A program made the translations under genes and the position numbers. From Botryllus schlosseri (lineage: Eukaryota), in NCBI GenBank assembly GCA_051294905.1, contig CM119371.1, forward strand, positions 11,038,001-11,102,000: a DNA stretch of 64,000 bases. Direction: 5' to 3'. Position 1 is the stretch's first letter; every line of letters starts with the position of its first letter. This document shows, piece by piece, positions 39,413 to 53,301 of the stretch. The notes under the pieces were generated by a model, which did not search any database, was not told the DNA's origin, and worked only from the letters and a program-made list of their open reading frames with translations.

Positions 39413-40004
39413 GTTTAGTCAAAGACAGTTGATCTAAACATATGTCGATGGTTTTTCTTTATTATGGGGGTAAGCGGGGGGTGGTTGCAAAGATATTAGT
39501 TGTCATCTGCTTCCCAAATAAGCCGTGAGGAAGTCTGGGCCCTTTTTTAATATTCCATTTTTTGAGCTTTTCAAATTGGAAATGAGCTTGCGGCCATAAA
39601 TGGTGGAAACCACCGGGTGTGCAATCTACTGGTGTATTTTATAGAAATAGATGGAAGAACCAAAAATTGACAGAATTTATTCACAAATCTTGACAAGCAG
39701 ATGCATATAGAAAGCCCGCAAGAAGTTGCATCGATTAGCTCTTGGTGGGCCCGAGATTGGTGATTTTCTTGGGCGGAAGGGGCTGAAACAATGTTTTTGC
39801 GACCTGTTCACAACACGCAACCAGATAACCACACCGATCGAACAGTATAGCAGGGCTGTCAAACACACAAACGGCGGACCGGATAAGGTCCACCTGACGA
39901 TCTCATCCGGCCCGTGAACTAATCTGTTGCAGACCCATGCGATCATCAGAGCTCAACATTAGAGACCCCCAATTCCAAACCCATCTTCCACTCCACTCGT
40001 GTAT

Positions 40005-40345
40005 ACAGTCGACAGGCGATAAGGTCATTTGCGCCCGATCATGACTATTATCCTTTGCTTGGTCTTTTTGTTTGCGGTGCGTCCAGTCACACTCTCATCC
40101 ACGCCTTTCACTCCCTCTCGCGCGCATCCCCGTCAGAGTCGGTCACAGCCGATCTTCGTATAAGCTCCACTTTACTTGCTTTATCTGAGCTTTCCTTACG
40201 ACACTGCATATGCAGCGAGGTCAGCGATGAGGAGCCCATATAAACCTCCAACACATAGAAGTAGTTTCGAAACGGGATTCGAGCCACTATACCATTGGTG
40301 TCATAACGCTGGTGCATAACCAACTGCGCCACCACCTCCTTCCCC
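40005..40345 (-). mobile_element. tRNA-derived SINE, family 2 head with the shared central block
   Basis: On the minus strand: head GGGGAAGG..TGGCGCAGTTGG..GGCTCGAATCC, body gtgttggaggtttatatgggctcctc, tail gggcgcaaatgacc...gtcgac. Confidence 0.75.
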
Positions 40346-40455
40346 GTTACGTCAGACTTACTGGTAATGGATTTAGACCTTATTGTAAAATACGTTAGTC
40401 GGCGCTAAAGAGTGTCCGGAATTTGATCAACTAAAATATCGTTACCCTAGGTTAC

Positions 40456-40547
40456 GGAAAATGCTTGCCAAATTCTAATATCACAATTTTTTCAGACATA
40501 AAAAGCGCCCTGACAGCAAATAACATGTGTAACACAACGAATAGCAT
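40456..40547 (-). CDS. Candidate first exon (signal peptide) of gene A
   Basis: MLFVVLHMLFAVRALFMSEKIVILEFGKHF+CC|gtaacc. The phase-2 end fits the exon starting at 28565 or at 32347. The donor lies within a MITE TSD, so it is uncertain. Confidence 0.35.
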
Positions 40548-40665
40548 CTTCGTTGATGTAAAAGAATACAAAACGCCATGGTCTTCAATAAGAAAGCAGT
40601 TTCGATGGTATGGATCCCTGGACACAAGAGTGTTAGTTTCAACGAGACAGCTGATCAACTATCGA

Positions 40666-41270
40666 TATGATACAATTATACGTGCCGCTGCGACAGTCGG
40701 TATGTGGGTCGTACATCACTGCGTTTGCAACAAAGAATTGACCAACATGTGTCGAAGCACATTAGAAAACCTGACGTCAATGCTATTTCAGACAGCCAAT
40801 CGCCTACAAGTAACCCTTTCTTGCGACACTGTGGACCAGACCATGGTATGTAACTCTGCAATAGGTCAGCACCTTACGCATCTAGAGTGCGCAAAATCGT
40901 ATAGCGATAACACATTTTTGATTCTTGATCGCGGACGTGCTCCTTTCCATTTAAAGGTTCTCGAATCGAGAATAATAAAACTCGAGCAACCGATTCCTTG
41001 TCAACAATAGGACCGGTTCTATTCTCTCCGTGTATTTCAATAGTGTTGCGTCTCTGACTATATAATATAGCCAATTTGAATTGCGCTAATCGCATATTAG
41101 CTTAACGCTCTCGTTTTGTGAAATCTCTCGTTGTTGTTTTTATACCATTCTTACGTCACACTACCTATTTCATCTTTATATTTCAAATTGCAATCTCCGG
41201 ATTTACTGACGGCCGATGAGTGTCAGTTGAAATGATGAGAGTGAATGAATTGCGAATATGAATGTGTTTT
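40666..41270 (+). mobile_element. Penelope-like retroelement remnant (GIY-YIG endonuclease and 3' flank)
   Basis: YNYTCRCDSRYVGRTSLRLQQRIDQHVSKHIR /frameshift/ NSAIGQHLTHLECAKSYSDNTFLILDRGRAPFHLKVLESRIIKLEQPIPCQQ*. Matches the typical PLE pattern Y-x-x-x-C-x-C...YVGRT...R...H...SAI..H...LE. Confidence 0.88.
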
Positions 41271-43980
41271 TCGTTGCAATATTCACCGGATAGTATTGAA
41301 TAATGATAGAAACAATGCAAACAAACTCAAGGACCAAGTCTAACCCTTATCTGAATTGATTATGCCAACTTGGATTCAGCATCTGGATTATTTCCATGAA
41401 CGTTTCACTTTAACTATTGATTCGAGGATGGAAGAAGGTGACTCTACCCTATTCCATAGTAAAAAGTACTGATCCGGCTCCGATCCTGCTCCGGCCGTTT
41501 CAGAAAAAGTACTGATCCAGCTCAGCTCCGAGCTGACTCCGGCTAAAATCTAAAAAAGGTCCGGTCGGTTATCCAATCCAGCTCCGGTCCATGCTCCGCC
41601 CTAATAAGTGGCTGGCTGTGGCGGCAGATTGAAATGTTGAGTGAAGAATTGCGAAATAACGATTGGTACCTGTTTGCAGTGAGTCATGTAGGAATAATAT
41701 AAAGTGAGCATTAGTGGTGGCTGGTGTGTATTGATATCGAGACATACGGAGTGGCGATGGTAGTTTCAACCCTAATACTAAAGCGTATATTTATATACTA
41801 CGTGTGGATAATTGATTACGAAATGACGAGCAAGGCTGATACGTGTGATGTAATAATAAGCAGTTGAGTATGAAAATTAGAGTATTCTGCTATCAATAAC
41901 CTTCTATTGAATTGCACTGTTTCTTGTTTAGGAATGTTCAATTGACATCATAGTCCTTGTACAGGTGAAAGTAATAGTACTTTCACAAAGAAATCGAATA
42001 ATTATATGTGAACATAGTCGATTACTATTACGACTACTTCGAATTTTTCCTAATCCAATCGATTGCGATTATCAGTACTTGATAATGCTGTAAGCTTAGT
42101 AATCAATTACGATTACAAATGACAATTGCCCCATGCGCAGTCTTGAGGGAAGAAAATAATATAACCGCTGATTAAACGGGCCGCGGAGACGGTACTTCGT
42201 TACATTATATCAAAGCCTCTAACTCTGACTCTCGAAACTGTTAAAACACCCAACCACATTTACAACTCGGAACCTCTTTTTCTCGCTTATTGGAAGAACA
42301 CAATACCTTCACTTGAAAATGTAAATGTCGAAGAGTAAGAATGTATTTCAAAAGCTATGACGAAGTAGAAGCACTATAGAAAACAAAATTCGCTGGACTA
42401 AATCGATGTAATGATGGTGGCCCTCGTATCACTTAATATTCGTGTTTTATCTTTCCTCTCCCCCAAGTAAAATACAGATTTTTGTCACATTAAAATCCGG
42501 TGAATTTTGTCGTTTCCAGCTATTTAATGTCATAATCAATGTTTAAATTTTGACGACGTGGGCGGATTATCAGGCAGAACGGTCCGGGCACAATAAATCA
42601 GAACTTTCAAATTGCCAAATACGGCAAAAGATTGTACACCAACATTGTAATGCTTCAGGTCGTGGAGCTTTGCAAAGCTAGTAGGACCGTGACCATTTTA
42701 ATTGCTGATCCACGCTTAAGATGGTTTATCAACTTGACGAAGCAGCTCAAACAGATACCTTCGTAAATTCTACGAGAACCTATGCGGGTTGACAAGATTT
42801 TCAGCATACTTCAACGAAGGCGTGTGAATATAATGTTTTAGATTTCAGAGAAAGATCGAAAACAACATACAAAGGATTAGTTTTGCAGATAAGTCTGAAC
42901 TTCATACACTTCCTTGTGATCGAAAGTAAGGCCGGTCATCGAGTTTATTTCCTGTCAAATCCTGTCAAATCCAAACACAGCAACGTCAACTCACTATGCT
43001 GCACCACCATCAGAGACCTTATGAGTCTGATGTGATTTGCAAGGGCAATGTAATATGCGTGTTGTATGTAATTAAATTATTCTTTAAAATCCATGATTTC
43101 AATGTTTTGAAAGCAGAATTCGCGATTCTAGATATGTTAAAACACAGGGATTTCGTTAAGCGGCTCCCGTAAGGTTTAAAACAACGATATATATGATTTT
43201 CTTACCGTTCTGATGATGTTATCATGTTATACTTTGTCAAATGACATAGGATCTCTCTTCCCTCCACTTGACAAACCTTTTCAATTTGTGTCATGATACC
43301 TGTTCATCATAATTTAGACATACACAATAAACATAGGCTATTGATTCGGCAATACATAGGCTCCCAACCTTTTTGTAGTTGCGACTCAAATTCCGATTTG
43401 AAAATTCTCCGCGATTCACCTCCAACTTCTGGATGCTGATTATTTAAAAAAAGGTCAGAACCTTCGCCCAGACCGACTAAAGGCTTATGTGAATAGGGCG
43501 ACTATGTGCGCAGCAGTTGCAATTATGTTACCACGCTGTTGAAACAAATACTCATATATTAAATTCATGCATAAGTATTCTTACGGGAGATGGTTGGTAC
43601 TGCATCGTGCTGACAAGCTTATCTAGCGTGCTGTTTTGCCAGACCACCCCTTAGATATCGTTCTACTATCAGTTCATTGATACAATGATTGTAATATGGA
43701 TATGCACTTGCATTTCGTTTCGATTGTTAGCAATCAGTCTATCAAGACCATAACATATATATTCGTTTTCAGAGCGATTTATATCCAATCTAATTGGAAT
43801 CGTGCTTCTTGAAATCCTGCGTCATTTAAAACCCGGATAACGATCTATAATGATCTATGATGTTATAGATTCTCCGAACGAAGACAATGGCGGAAGAGGA
43901 ACAAGTAAAGGCGATTGGTAACGTATCACAGAGTACCAGTCAGCGTAATGAAGAGGGTTTTGTTAATAATCGTATACGAC

Positions 43981-44546
43981 AGGGACGGGCAACATACCAC
44001 AGGCGGAGGGATTTTCATCGGCCCGATGACAGTTTCTATCCTGAAAGTTGAATTCTATTCTGGAAGTAGTGACCGATATTATGAGGAACAGATAGGGCTG
44101 AGCATAATCGATTAAGCCAGCCTGAGTGATTCGATTCTGAATGACGTAACACGCTTCGAGTCGAGAATGAATCGAAGTTTGCCAACCTGAGAAAGATTGA
44201 CGTGGACATGAAACTACTTGCTCTGTTCGGGTCTACATAATCATTTTCGGCCATGAACATTGAACATTAACGAGACAAGGCTGCGTTCCAAAATAACTGA
44301 TGTTCACGTTCAGTCTTTGAGGGTTTCTAGATACGACATGCAGCCAGAGTTCAAATAACTCGGTGACGACTTGGGCCGACCGCAAATGTTTGATTGACAT
44401 CAACAACTATTGGTAATAAATTCCTTAAATACTGTTTTTGGTCTCTATGCTTCAAACTTAAATGCATATATTCTTTAATATCCGGCCCTTCAAGTACTTC
44501 ATTTTTCCGTATCCGGCTCGCCGACCGGAGAAGTTAACCGCCCCTG
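43981..44546. mobile_element. Degenerate Charlie-like MITE
   Basis: Ends agggacgggcaacata / gttaaccgcccctg, similar to 31378-32485. Confidence 0.6.
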
Positions 44547-44576
44547 AAATATGCGATCAAACATGATATTGCGAAG

Positions 44577-45574
44577 TTGGGATGGTGCGAACCCCTGAAA
44601 GGTTGGTTCTGAAAGCGAACGGGAGCTATTGCTAATCACAACTCTATATTTGCGTAAAGTTATGTGTTACTGAACATGAAACCTACTGACGACTCATACC
44701 GAATTATGCCACAATGGACATGCTCAATTTTTAACGTCACCTAATGTATCAACTGGAGCAGTAAACAATAATACCACAAAATCAATATTTTCCGTGGCTA
44801 TGCCAACAATTTTGACAAAGATTCGGCTACACAGGACAGGCGTATTCTTATCAGTGAAACGTCGGTTCCTATACTAGCGTCATATATTATCTCAAGAACA
44901 AGTTAGCCCACGCTGCAATCGGGTGGATATGGTTTTCGTGATACTGTAAGAGTTTTTTGGAGGTGCAGAACTTCACTATACAATTGAATAGTACTCATGT
45001 TGAAATGAACCCGAATATTTTCGGCTGACACTGGTCAGGGATAGTCTTCAGTAACTTTCCAATTCTCTACTCTTTGCTGACGATTACCCTTAACAAGTGT
45101 CATCCGAAAATATTCGGGTTCATTCCAATGTGAATATTTTTTTACATAAGACATCGATCCAGTCTTTATATCAATTTCGTGGATATAAATAACTGATTGG
45201 TTGACTATAATCACAACTCGCTGAATTACTACCAGTAGTATGTTTCGTTCTTGGTAATGTGTGATTGCGGGCAAAGCTCAAAGCGGTGAGTCACTGAATA
45301 TTCACAAACGGAAAGCTGAATACTTCGCGCAAACTTTCGCGCAAAATTGGGAAGGTATATGCTCGTTTATTGCTGAATTTCTTTTCATGCTGCAAGCGTC
45401 GGATAGTGGTCCGAATGCAAAGACGTGCAACAAATACGTTAAAATGTCGTAAAAAATTGTAATAATACATGGAAAAGGTTCACTCTGCAAAGGTTCGTTA
45501 TGAACGAGAACCTCCAAATTTCCTAGGCTCACATACAGACCGCGAACGTGATTCCCACGTTCACGCCATGCCTA
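44577..45574. mobile_element. TAGGGATG-family MITE, reverse orientation
   Basis: Reverse complement of the 882 / 21421 / 29156 family, imperfect TSD ttgcgaag / ttccgaat. Confidence 0.75.
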
Positions 45575-48432
45575 TTCCGAATCTTGTTCGCCGAAGTCTT
45601 CAATACTATATAATCCAGTATATTCAACAGCAATACAAAGAAATTATTCCTCGTAGGGCATTGTTCAACAGCAATAAAATAATACAATAATACTTATGGT
45701 ATAAGTATATCGTTTTCTACCCAATAGAGAGAGACTAATAGTCGTTGGCGGGTCAACCACAGTCAAACAGGTAGCCTACGATCCACTGTTCGCATCAGGT
45801 CTGTGACAACATCAGTACCTTACAGATACGGCTGACAGCTTAAATTGATAAAAAGTTTCGATAAATTAACGAATTGAACCCCTGGTATATGGCAATAAAA
45901 CTCACTGATAGTAAATACGGTACAAATTGGGACCTTCAAAATACCAATAACCAGACGCTAATATCGTGCTCCCAAAATTATATCCACTCGTTGTATCGAT
46001 CATTGCTCAATGACGCTAGCAGGCGTGCGGGTAATTTTCGTTTGGTTTGAAAGTATATTCTAATGATAATTCTATGCATCATCATTCTCGTTATTAAAGA
46101 GTTATACTTATTGTTTTAAACTTTATAACGTCGGCACCCGGTATATCTAAATTCATTTTCACACACCCAAGTACCCTTATAACTGCAAAACGCACACCGC
46201 TTTTAGAGTTACCGTGTCTATGCATCGTCCACTACGCCTTTTGTATTCTCCAAACTATGACAGCTGTTTCCTGTTAATCTCCGAAATTTATGATTCAGCG
46301 CTGGTTAATTACAATGTCATGTTGCGTGTAACGTTTGTGATAACGGCAGGGGAAATTCGAGAGGAGACGCTCGAGCTGTCGATTCCTCATTTTGAATCGT
46401 GATGCTGAAAATATTGATAGGAAATTGATTATTATAACGGATAATTATGCATGTAAAAAATATCGAGAGAGAGTGAAAGAGAGCAAAGATCTATTTTCGT
46501 CTGCATTCCATCGAGGTGATTTGACGGTGGAGATGCGAGAAGACCATCATGTTTATGGTTATCTAGTCTAGTGTCCATCAACATTTTTCGTCGTGGTACA
46601 CCCTTTTAACGTTTACTCAAAACTCGTTCACACCTGACCACATAATTACACCGATTCCGTAGTAAGTCTAATCCAGGGGTTATCAACCTTAATGCTATAC
46701 TGGGCCTCATTCCGATTACAGATATAGCATGCGGCCGTATCCAAGCAGAGAGTCGTCATGACCAATCAGGACGACAAATAATCATATTAAATTGACAACA
46801 TGGGAACTTTTCGCCCTCGTGGCGATCTGTTCTACCAGTGAATTATAGAGATCAACCTTGAGTATTAAAGTTTCTAATTGTAGGCTTACTATTTATGACC
46901 TGAAATCTCGAGTACTAATGTTATGAAAGGTTTTGGGGTTTAGATTTCTAGTCGGGTCGTGAGCTAATATTTTTTTCACATCTTGAATGAATTTTGTCGA
47001 TAATATTGGTCGTTTCATATATTACTGTTCAATATCTATCAATTCCCAGCCCACGTGATCAGATTAACTAGTAGACCTGATGGAGTGGTGTCTACGAAAA
47101 AATTGGCCACAAAATTAATGATGATACACCTTTCAGTTTTTCTTAATCATTTTGCTGCATGTTATTATTTTTTGACCTCACATCAGCATTGTGGCCGGGT
47201 ATAGTCAATATATATTGGTATCGCCTAATCTTGCCACAGAAACTTTCATTCGTGAGACGCGAGCGAGTCCAAATTGGTATTTATTTATGGGGCGCGAAAA
47301 ATTCAAGTCACTTTGAATCTCTCAACAAAATGATAATTTAGATTGGATTAATACACGGCGATCCCATAAAAATTATTATCAATAATAGCTTCCAGCAATA
47401 CCACCTAGCACAGAACAATGTGGTGGAAGAACTTATAAAGGAAATTATTGGCATTTCATTGCATGTATATATGCCGATCGCTTCCAGGCTTCGTATAGAT
47501 TTTTATTACTTTACCGAAGCTATATTCCAACGACAAGTTGGTGCTTGTTTCCCACCATCTAGCTGTATATCGTTTCGTCTATGATAACGGAACCCGTAGC
47601 AGACATGGGGTAATCGCGATTAGTAATCGTAATCGATTACAACGATTACAGCATTTTGAAGTAATCGTAATCGCCATCGATTACATTCGAAAAAAATCCG
47701 AAGTAATCGTAATCGTAATCGACTACTTCCCATATCTAATCGATTTTTTTGTGAAAGAACGATTACTTTTTGTTTGTACAAGGACTATGACATAAACTGA
47801 ATATTCGTGAACAAGAATAAGATAATATACCACGTTAGCGATAGGACAAAGTCTGCTTTCAAACGCCACTGACTCATTATAACGTCATAAGTATTAGCTC
47901 CGCTCGTCATTGCGTAAGAAGTATCCACACATAGTAAACAGACATGCGATAGCCATTGTAGTGTGATTGTAAGAACACCTCCCGTGGTGTATATCGGGTT
48001 ATCAATACACTACAGAAGCCGCTACCTCGCAGCAGGATATTGATCACCACTCTGCCTATAGTTTCAAATAGTAACTTATGTATTAATGTTTGGTTGTGCT
48101 TAGTTAAACGCAGTTTACCATTGCTGCTTGGCGAGCAGGAGGCCTACGTCGCACGTGCACCTGACGAAGATTCGGAATTTTGTACTCGTCGAATAAAACA
48201 TTGCAGTTTCCACAACGAAGCATTACAAATAAACAGCTGCTGATATATATCATAACCGAGCCGTGCTTAGCCGTTTCTCGTAACAGCAGCTCGCTGTATA
48301 TGTATAAAGTTGAAGGCAGAATTTTTATGTTAGCTATAACTTATTCTCATATAATTACTTGAAACCGGCGTCAATCGTTATTTCACAGTTCGTTACTTAG
48401 CATTTGGACCTGCCGCCATAACCATCCGCTTA

Positions 48433-48947
48433 TAGGGCTGGGCAAAATCGAGTACCTGAGTGATTCGATTCTGAATCACGTATTATGCTTCGAGTCGAGT
48501 CGAGTATTCGAGTATCACTCATTATGACGTCAAAGCAAAATGTAGTATGTCAAAGTTCAAATATGTACCATTTTGTGCCACCACAAAGAATATAATGCCT
48601 GTTATCCATCACATTGAAGATACTTCGGTATTTCTCCGACCCTACCGCTTTCATTGCACTTTGCAACAATGTTGTGGGATGGTCAGGACTTCAGAAATGT
48701 TTTTCCTGTAACGGTCGTAGCGTTGTACTATATGTTTCGTATGCTGCAATACGGCCAATCAAGGTTCCAAGGCTTTTACTGTGGAAAATAGTATCAAAAC
48801 CATAATTCTCGTTGATAAAATAACTTTCAGTTGCGAGGAACGTAATATTTGAGTACTCGAAAAAATCGTTTTTTGCTACTCGACTCGAATCATTAAAATA
48901 ATTACTCGATTCAGATTCGAGTACTCGAATCATTGTGCCCAGCCCTA
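48433..48947. mobile_element. hAT-type MITE (TAGGGCTGGGCA)
   Basis: TIR tagggctgggca / tgcccagcccta, perfect TSD TCCGCTTA. Confidence 0.92.
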
Positions 48948-49622
48948 TCCGCTTATATAGCCTGACATGTTAGCGTGGGTTGTAGCTAGAATCAGCAATT
49001 CAGCCGAAACAGCAATTCCCCTGTCCAACCGTTGGTTAATTTTCAAAACTGAATTTCGTTAATAATATTGGTAATTGCATTATACTACTATTCAATTATA
49101 ACCTCTCTGAGCACCGAGTGTCAGATTTACCTGTAAAGCTGGGGCACGTAATTCATATTCATAGCATCTGGTATGTTGTTATAATTACTGTATGTTGTTA
49201 ATTCGCGACCTCCAGTCCGTTGTATAATCAAAAGATATTGTACTCGCCCAAACGTAGCAGACTAAAAGAATATCTTTTGTGAGACGGACACACAATTTGT
49301 CATGGCTTTATTCCTTTGTGGATGCGCCGGGTGACATTTGCATTGTGGGCCCAGATTGGAAGGACAGGAGTTATTAGTCACGCCCACCAAGCGCGGCTAT
49401 TGGCAATGGACGAATACCCTAAGTTTTGGCCAAGGTATTTCTTTGGTATCACATCCCGTGGAGTTGCGTGTTGGCCGAAACTGCATATGACTTTTGGTGT
49501 GTTGTGGGATCGTGACGCGGTAATGACCGGCTCCGAAATGCCTGTTCCCATAATATATAGCCTATGTATGTTTTTTCTTGAGGGAAAGAGGTATGCATTT
49601 CAAACCCAGCTATCTACTGGAG

Positions 49623-50564
49623 CAGGGGTCACCAACTGTTTTGAAACAAAAAGCTACTTCTTGTGTAGTGTGTACTGATTATTGCGACGACCGACGGGTT
49701 ACCACATACTCCCGTCGTTTATCCATGTTCAGTTGGATCTCTTCACTTAGAGTAAGACAATCAGAGAACTGGGCCGGGTTTCCGCCTCTTACCAAGAAAA
49801 AAAAAACGCTCACTCGCAGGGACTCACACCAGCTCCTCCAAGCTCAGTTGCGTTGCTGCAGTGCGCGCAGAAGCGCCAATCCCCGAGTCTAGACTCGGGA
49901 ATATTAACTATAGATTCCCATTGAGCCGCCGCGTGGGCGAAGACAAGCAATGCCCCGAGCGACTGCGTTCGTATGTTCCTTGGCGTCGGGCGACCCATGT
50001 TCAACTGCTGCTCATATGAAACGAGCTTCAACTTTCAAATTTCTCATTGGATATTTGTAACAGCGCAGTGGTGGCCATACGAACGGGGGGGGGGGGGGAG
50101 GCTGGGCGAGACTTACCGGGGCCCCCTATAAGTATATATCCGTAACTTATGGGGGGCTTCGCCCCCAAGACCTCCCTTTCGCATCTGTTATTATTATCTA
50201 TCTATCAAGGTTTGGCGAGGTGCTGAAGTCGGCCATGTCTATTTTTTCATGTGTGCAAGGATAGACTACATTAAAACTAAGTAATCTACCGCATGCAGAG
50301 ACGTGATGATTATCGGAATTCGGGACTTTTCAAACAGAAGCAGAGATTTGATGATGTTTGACCCATCTGTACGGAATCCTATTCTTGCTTTACACGGATT
50401 TCCATGTTTATTCGGTATTGTCCTTGAAAAAAGCGCATAATCCAAATAGGGGAGCCCTTCGACCAGCCCCCCCCCCCCGGCGACCACCCACCTCGCCCAC
50501 CCCAAAAGCCACCACTACTACAGCGACCGCGGGCGACTCATTTGGTCCGCGTTGGTGACCCCTG
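49623..50564. mobile_element. Charlie-like MITE with a nested G-rich MITE (~50066-50517)
   Basis: TIR caggggtcaccaac / gttggtgacccctg, TSD tactggag / tactagag. Confidence 0.88.
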
Positions 50565-52084
50565 TACTAGAGACATTTGAACTGCAAAGCTCGAAAAACA
50601 TTTTCAAGAATAAATTAAATTCTCGAAAATACTCTATAATATATGTTGGTTTACGAAATACTTTTGAGTCCCCTTCGAGCACGCTCCCCACTCTATTAAG
50701 GAATTTGGGGTGCGGCAGGTAATGACCTGGCAGTAATGCGAATCGTTGGATGCGATAAATCATCCACTATAAAGTTGGGCAATTGATATATTATGACGTA
50801 ATAAGCTAATGACGCATGATGTATGAAGAAAGTTGATATCTCATTAAGCCATCGCAATCCTTGTATTGTCTTCCCATATATCATTTAAGATTATAGTCCT
50901 AAGCAAAACAAATGTAATCGTGAGTAATCGTGATTACTTTTTCAATGTAATCGTAATCGTAATCGACTACTTCCTGATTTTGCTGTAATCGTAATCGCAA
51001 TCGCAATCGATTACATTCATAAAGTAATCACCCCATGTCTGACCCGTAGTCTTATGATTGATTGGTTTGAAAACTGAATATTGCATGATAATGAACATCC
51101 ATGGTGATTGGTGAGCGTTGGTGATGATTTCAAATTGAATGCGCCTTGAATGACGTAACCATATAATCATATAACTCTTTTTAGTGCATAAAAATCGATT
51201 TTAGCTACCGTATTCTACACATATATAACCAACTTGTATAATGCCCTCTATTGCCCTCAGTACCCCCCAATTGCCGTTTTGTAGGTAGCGCCCCCTTCGA
51301 GATCGCAAATTACATCAGGCGGGCGTTGCCGCCCACTTTGAGAAGAGCTGGCCTAAACAGAGACGTGCTTGAAATGATGATATATATTTTTAGTAAGTAT
51401 TGTAGCTTCCTAAGCATTAAATCGACCAGCAGTGGTCAACCTGCCGCCGTCCATGAATAACTCGTGTGTATTTCGATAAACATGTGTAGGCGGACTTCAA
51501 GATACATTTCGACTGTATGAATCGTCCCGTAAGTCGGTATGTAGAATAAAAAGCATAACCACAGATGAAGTTAGTCATTCCTTGAAAATTTGACCGTCCT
51601 TCGACCGACATTATTTCAGGAATTCAGCAACTGCCGAATCGCTACCTATTATCAAACTCATACACATTACATCTCCTCGTCCTTGGAATCGATTGAAGAG
51701 GTTCGCGATCAAAAAAATTTCATAACGGCGGATCGAAATCCTATATACTAGATGTCATAAGTTGTAGGCCTACTTGGCAAAAGGATACTCAAATCCGAGT
51801 CGGCTATCAATAGTACGATACGACGTACTAATTCACCACCAATCGTCATCCGACTCATCCCTAATAATAATTGGCGCTGATTGTGCGCGACCCTGTCACC
51901 AACTGCCTATTTTAAAGAAGATTACCGTTTGATGCGTGCCGCCGATCCAGCGACGCTGTATGTCAGTGATCTTTTACCGAAGAACGAGTGATGCTGCTAC
52001 GCTATTTATGATTCCATTGCCTTACGTTAGAACTGCCAATGGGTTCTGTTGATGAATAAAGTTTATACCGACTTATTGCCGACT

Positions 52085-53031
52085 CTTTATTGTTGATCCT
52101 AGAGCAGGGGTTCAAATCATACGGCCCACAGGTCGCATCCGCCGCGCCAGGCAATTTCTTCCAGCACGCGAAGCTATGCTGAGTAGATTGAAAATTTATT
52201 ACATTATCCAACACGTTTGTGACAATTTGAAATATTTCCATTAAATAATCCCTCAAGTCAGCAATCTCGAACATGTTCATTGTTCATATAGGCCACATTA
52301 AAACCACCCGGCTGAAACGTTCTTGTTTCGCTCTAGTTCACTAGGAACAAGTCCGTGATACAGACACTCAATTTTGAGAAGTCAAAAATGTGCACACTGA
52401 GCTCATAGTTTTATGGAAAAATGGGCCGAAAATTAGTTATTAAGAAAAGCGAAAACGCCAATGCAGAACTGTTATATCCAGTTTACATGCAGATTATAGC
52501 CTAGTATTTACACCAATTATAATTCAAAAGGGTATATTCGCACTGCTGTGTCAGCTCCGACTCAAAAGGTCTCCGGACGCCGAAGGAACCTGAATCGCGA
52601 TTTATTATTAATAAAGCAAATCCCAACGTCCGTGTTTACAGTTGAATCTCTATATTCCTTACATTACATGCACAACATGCACACATGCTAGACTAAATCA
52701 GAGAGAGCATAGAAATATGCCAACTTATATCGTCGTTAGCACCACTGTTCGAATGTTCATAACTGTATTCAACCGGCCAATCATCTTATTTTAGTCAGCA
52801 ATTCCGATCTTCGCAAATAATGGCGTTGCTAATACTTGCTGGAATAAAACCCCTACGATCTGTGATAGAATTTAATATACTATTATCTATATATGCCTAT
52901 TGCCTAATAATAAGGTTAGGTGAAAAATAAGGGCATGAGGTAACAATTTTTATTCAGTTGACTAGTCCGGCACGCGAGCGAGTTGAAGGTTCGAATCCGG
53001 CCCGCGACGCAATTTGAGTTAGAAATTCCTG
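52085..53031. mobile_element. Degenerate Charlie-like MITE
   Basis: Ends caggggttcaaa...cggccc / cggcccgcg...gagttagaaattcctg; TSD not clear. Confidence 0.55.
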
Positions 53032-53301
53032 CCCAAGTGGGAACGTGACATCTCGCATTTGACAGACGAACCTGAGCGCCATAATAGGTATGAATATTAT
53101 TAGTCTACTGCTGAACGCCGTTGTGTAATGTCGATGTGTCGGTCGTAACCTCGTAACTCAGTGTTCAAAGAAAGTTACGCCGGGCAACAAAAGTTGCCTG
53201 AAGTGTCATACCTGTATTTCTGTATTCATATCTGTATTTGATCGAACCGCATCATCGTATTTGTCATGACCAAGACACGAAAACTAATACAACGATGTCA
53301 G

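Larger units (their letters stand above)
36886..40449. mobile_element. TAGGGTTGCCA-family MITE hosting composite copy 2 and a SINE
   Basis: Ends tagggatgccata / tatcgttacccta, imperfect TSD cgttatgg / ggttacgg, collinear with 17840-18926. Confidence 0.8.
47600..51041. mobile_element. hAT-type element with GTAATC/GATTAC repeats and nested inserts
   Basis: TIR cagacatgggg / ccccatgtctg, perfect TSD ACCCGTAG. A decayed relative lies at ~41610-42140. Confidence 0.92.

Noticed and set aside
40465..41010. 181-aa ORF as a host gene
   Set aside because: A chance fusion of flanking DNA with a frameshifted Penelope endonuclease remnant.
50085..50098. Regulatory G-quadruplex
   Set aside because: The poly-G lies within a nested MITE, and homopolymer length is unreliable.
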